64,000 nt of DNA. It comes from an uncultured bacterium (GTDB taxonomy: Bacteria > Zixibacteria > MSB-5A5 > CAIYYT01). Under the pieces are notes generated by a model. The model worked only from the letters and a program-made list of their open reading frames with translations, searched no databases and had not been told where the DNA came from. The position numbers were made by a program, and so were the translations under genes. The stretch lies in assembly GCA_963726455.1 (NCBI GenBank), contig CAVSCK010000005.1, forward strand, positions 32,001-96,000, in the 5' to 3' direction. Of the stretch, positions 63,548 to 64,000 are shown piece after piece; the first letter of the stretch is position 1, and each line of letters starts with the position of its first letter.

Positions 63548-63590
63548 AAGTTAGTTTTCTACCAGCAATTTGTTAGAGAATCGTTAGAAT
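63548..63590 (-). promoter_or_regulatory. Pho-box-like repeats upstream of phoB
   Basis: GTTAG at 63550, 63572 and 63583 (22- and 11-bp spacing), same motif as at pstS. Confidence 0.65.
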
Positions 63591-63631
63591 GGTTGGTCGG
63601 TCGCGACTAGACTGGCTCCTACGAATTTTGC

Positions 63632-64000
63632 TTAGCAAATGCGCGGCAATTGCTCGCCGGAAAGCATATCAACGATGCGGGTGGAACCGATCGCATTGGT
63701 CATCGTAACAAGGCCGGATTGATCCGCAGTCGTACTTCCGATGATGGCTGCGGCCGCGCTGACAGACTGAGAACGCAGGGCCGACAGAGCGCGTTCAGCA
63801 TCGCGCTCCGGCACAAACGCAACAAAGCGTCCTTCGTTGGCAACGTAGAGTGGATCGAGCCCGAGCAGCTCGCAAGCACTTCGTACCGGTTCACTGATCG
63901 TAATTGACTGCTCCTGAATGTGCACTCCGAGCTTGGCCGATTGCGCGATTTCATTCAGGGAGCTCGCCAGGCCGCCGCGGGTGAGATCGCGCAGACAGTG
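63632..64000 (-). CDS. hypE: hydrogenase maturation protein HypE (5' part outside window)
   Basis: [25 protein letters not shown]-terminal GEQLPRIC. Confidence 0.97.
   Translation of the reverse strand, partial: HCLRDLTRGGLASSLNEIAQSAKLGVHIQEQSITISEPVRSACELLGLDPLYVANEGRFVAFVPERDAERALSALRSQSVSAAAAIIGSTTADQSGLVTMTNAIGSTRIVDMLSGEQLPRIC

Overview
A ~55-60% GC bacterial window. The lineage is probably candidate division Zixibacteria or a related FCB-group organism; this is an inference from the repeated '[28 protein letters not shown]' dockerin-like tails and the T9SS-type/FlgD-like C-terminal domains. The left ~30 kb is accessory. It holds (i) a minus-strand run of Ser/Thr kinase > TPR/TM protein > 1969-aa secreted multidomain protein > hypothetical > PAAR with C-terminal tail > a DUF4123-Rhs fusion that is absent from the ORF track because it runs off the left edge; (ii) dockerin-tagged beta-propeller proteins divergent from an ECF sigma/anti-sigma pair, bracketed by two copies of a phased TTGTCC non-coding element; (iii) genes separated by REP/dRS3-like mosaics, including a dockerin-tagged multiheme cytochrome c; and (iv) a complete 2.5-kb IS1595-family element (TIRs plus 8-bp TSD) carrying a HEPN-like passenger. 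The right half is mostly core: rng, fmt, def, yajC, tgt, clpB, rplY, prs, a PiT/DUF47 pair, phoBR-pstSCAB-phoU with 11-bp-phased Pho-box-like repeats, and partial hypE. It also has a lipoprotein + L,D-transpeptidase operon behind a long structured leader, a dockerin-tagged M6 protease and a stand-alone cohesin-like protein. Several genes are broken by apparent single-base insertions that may be sequencing errors. All family assignments come from motif recognition by eye, not database searches.
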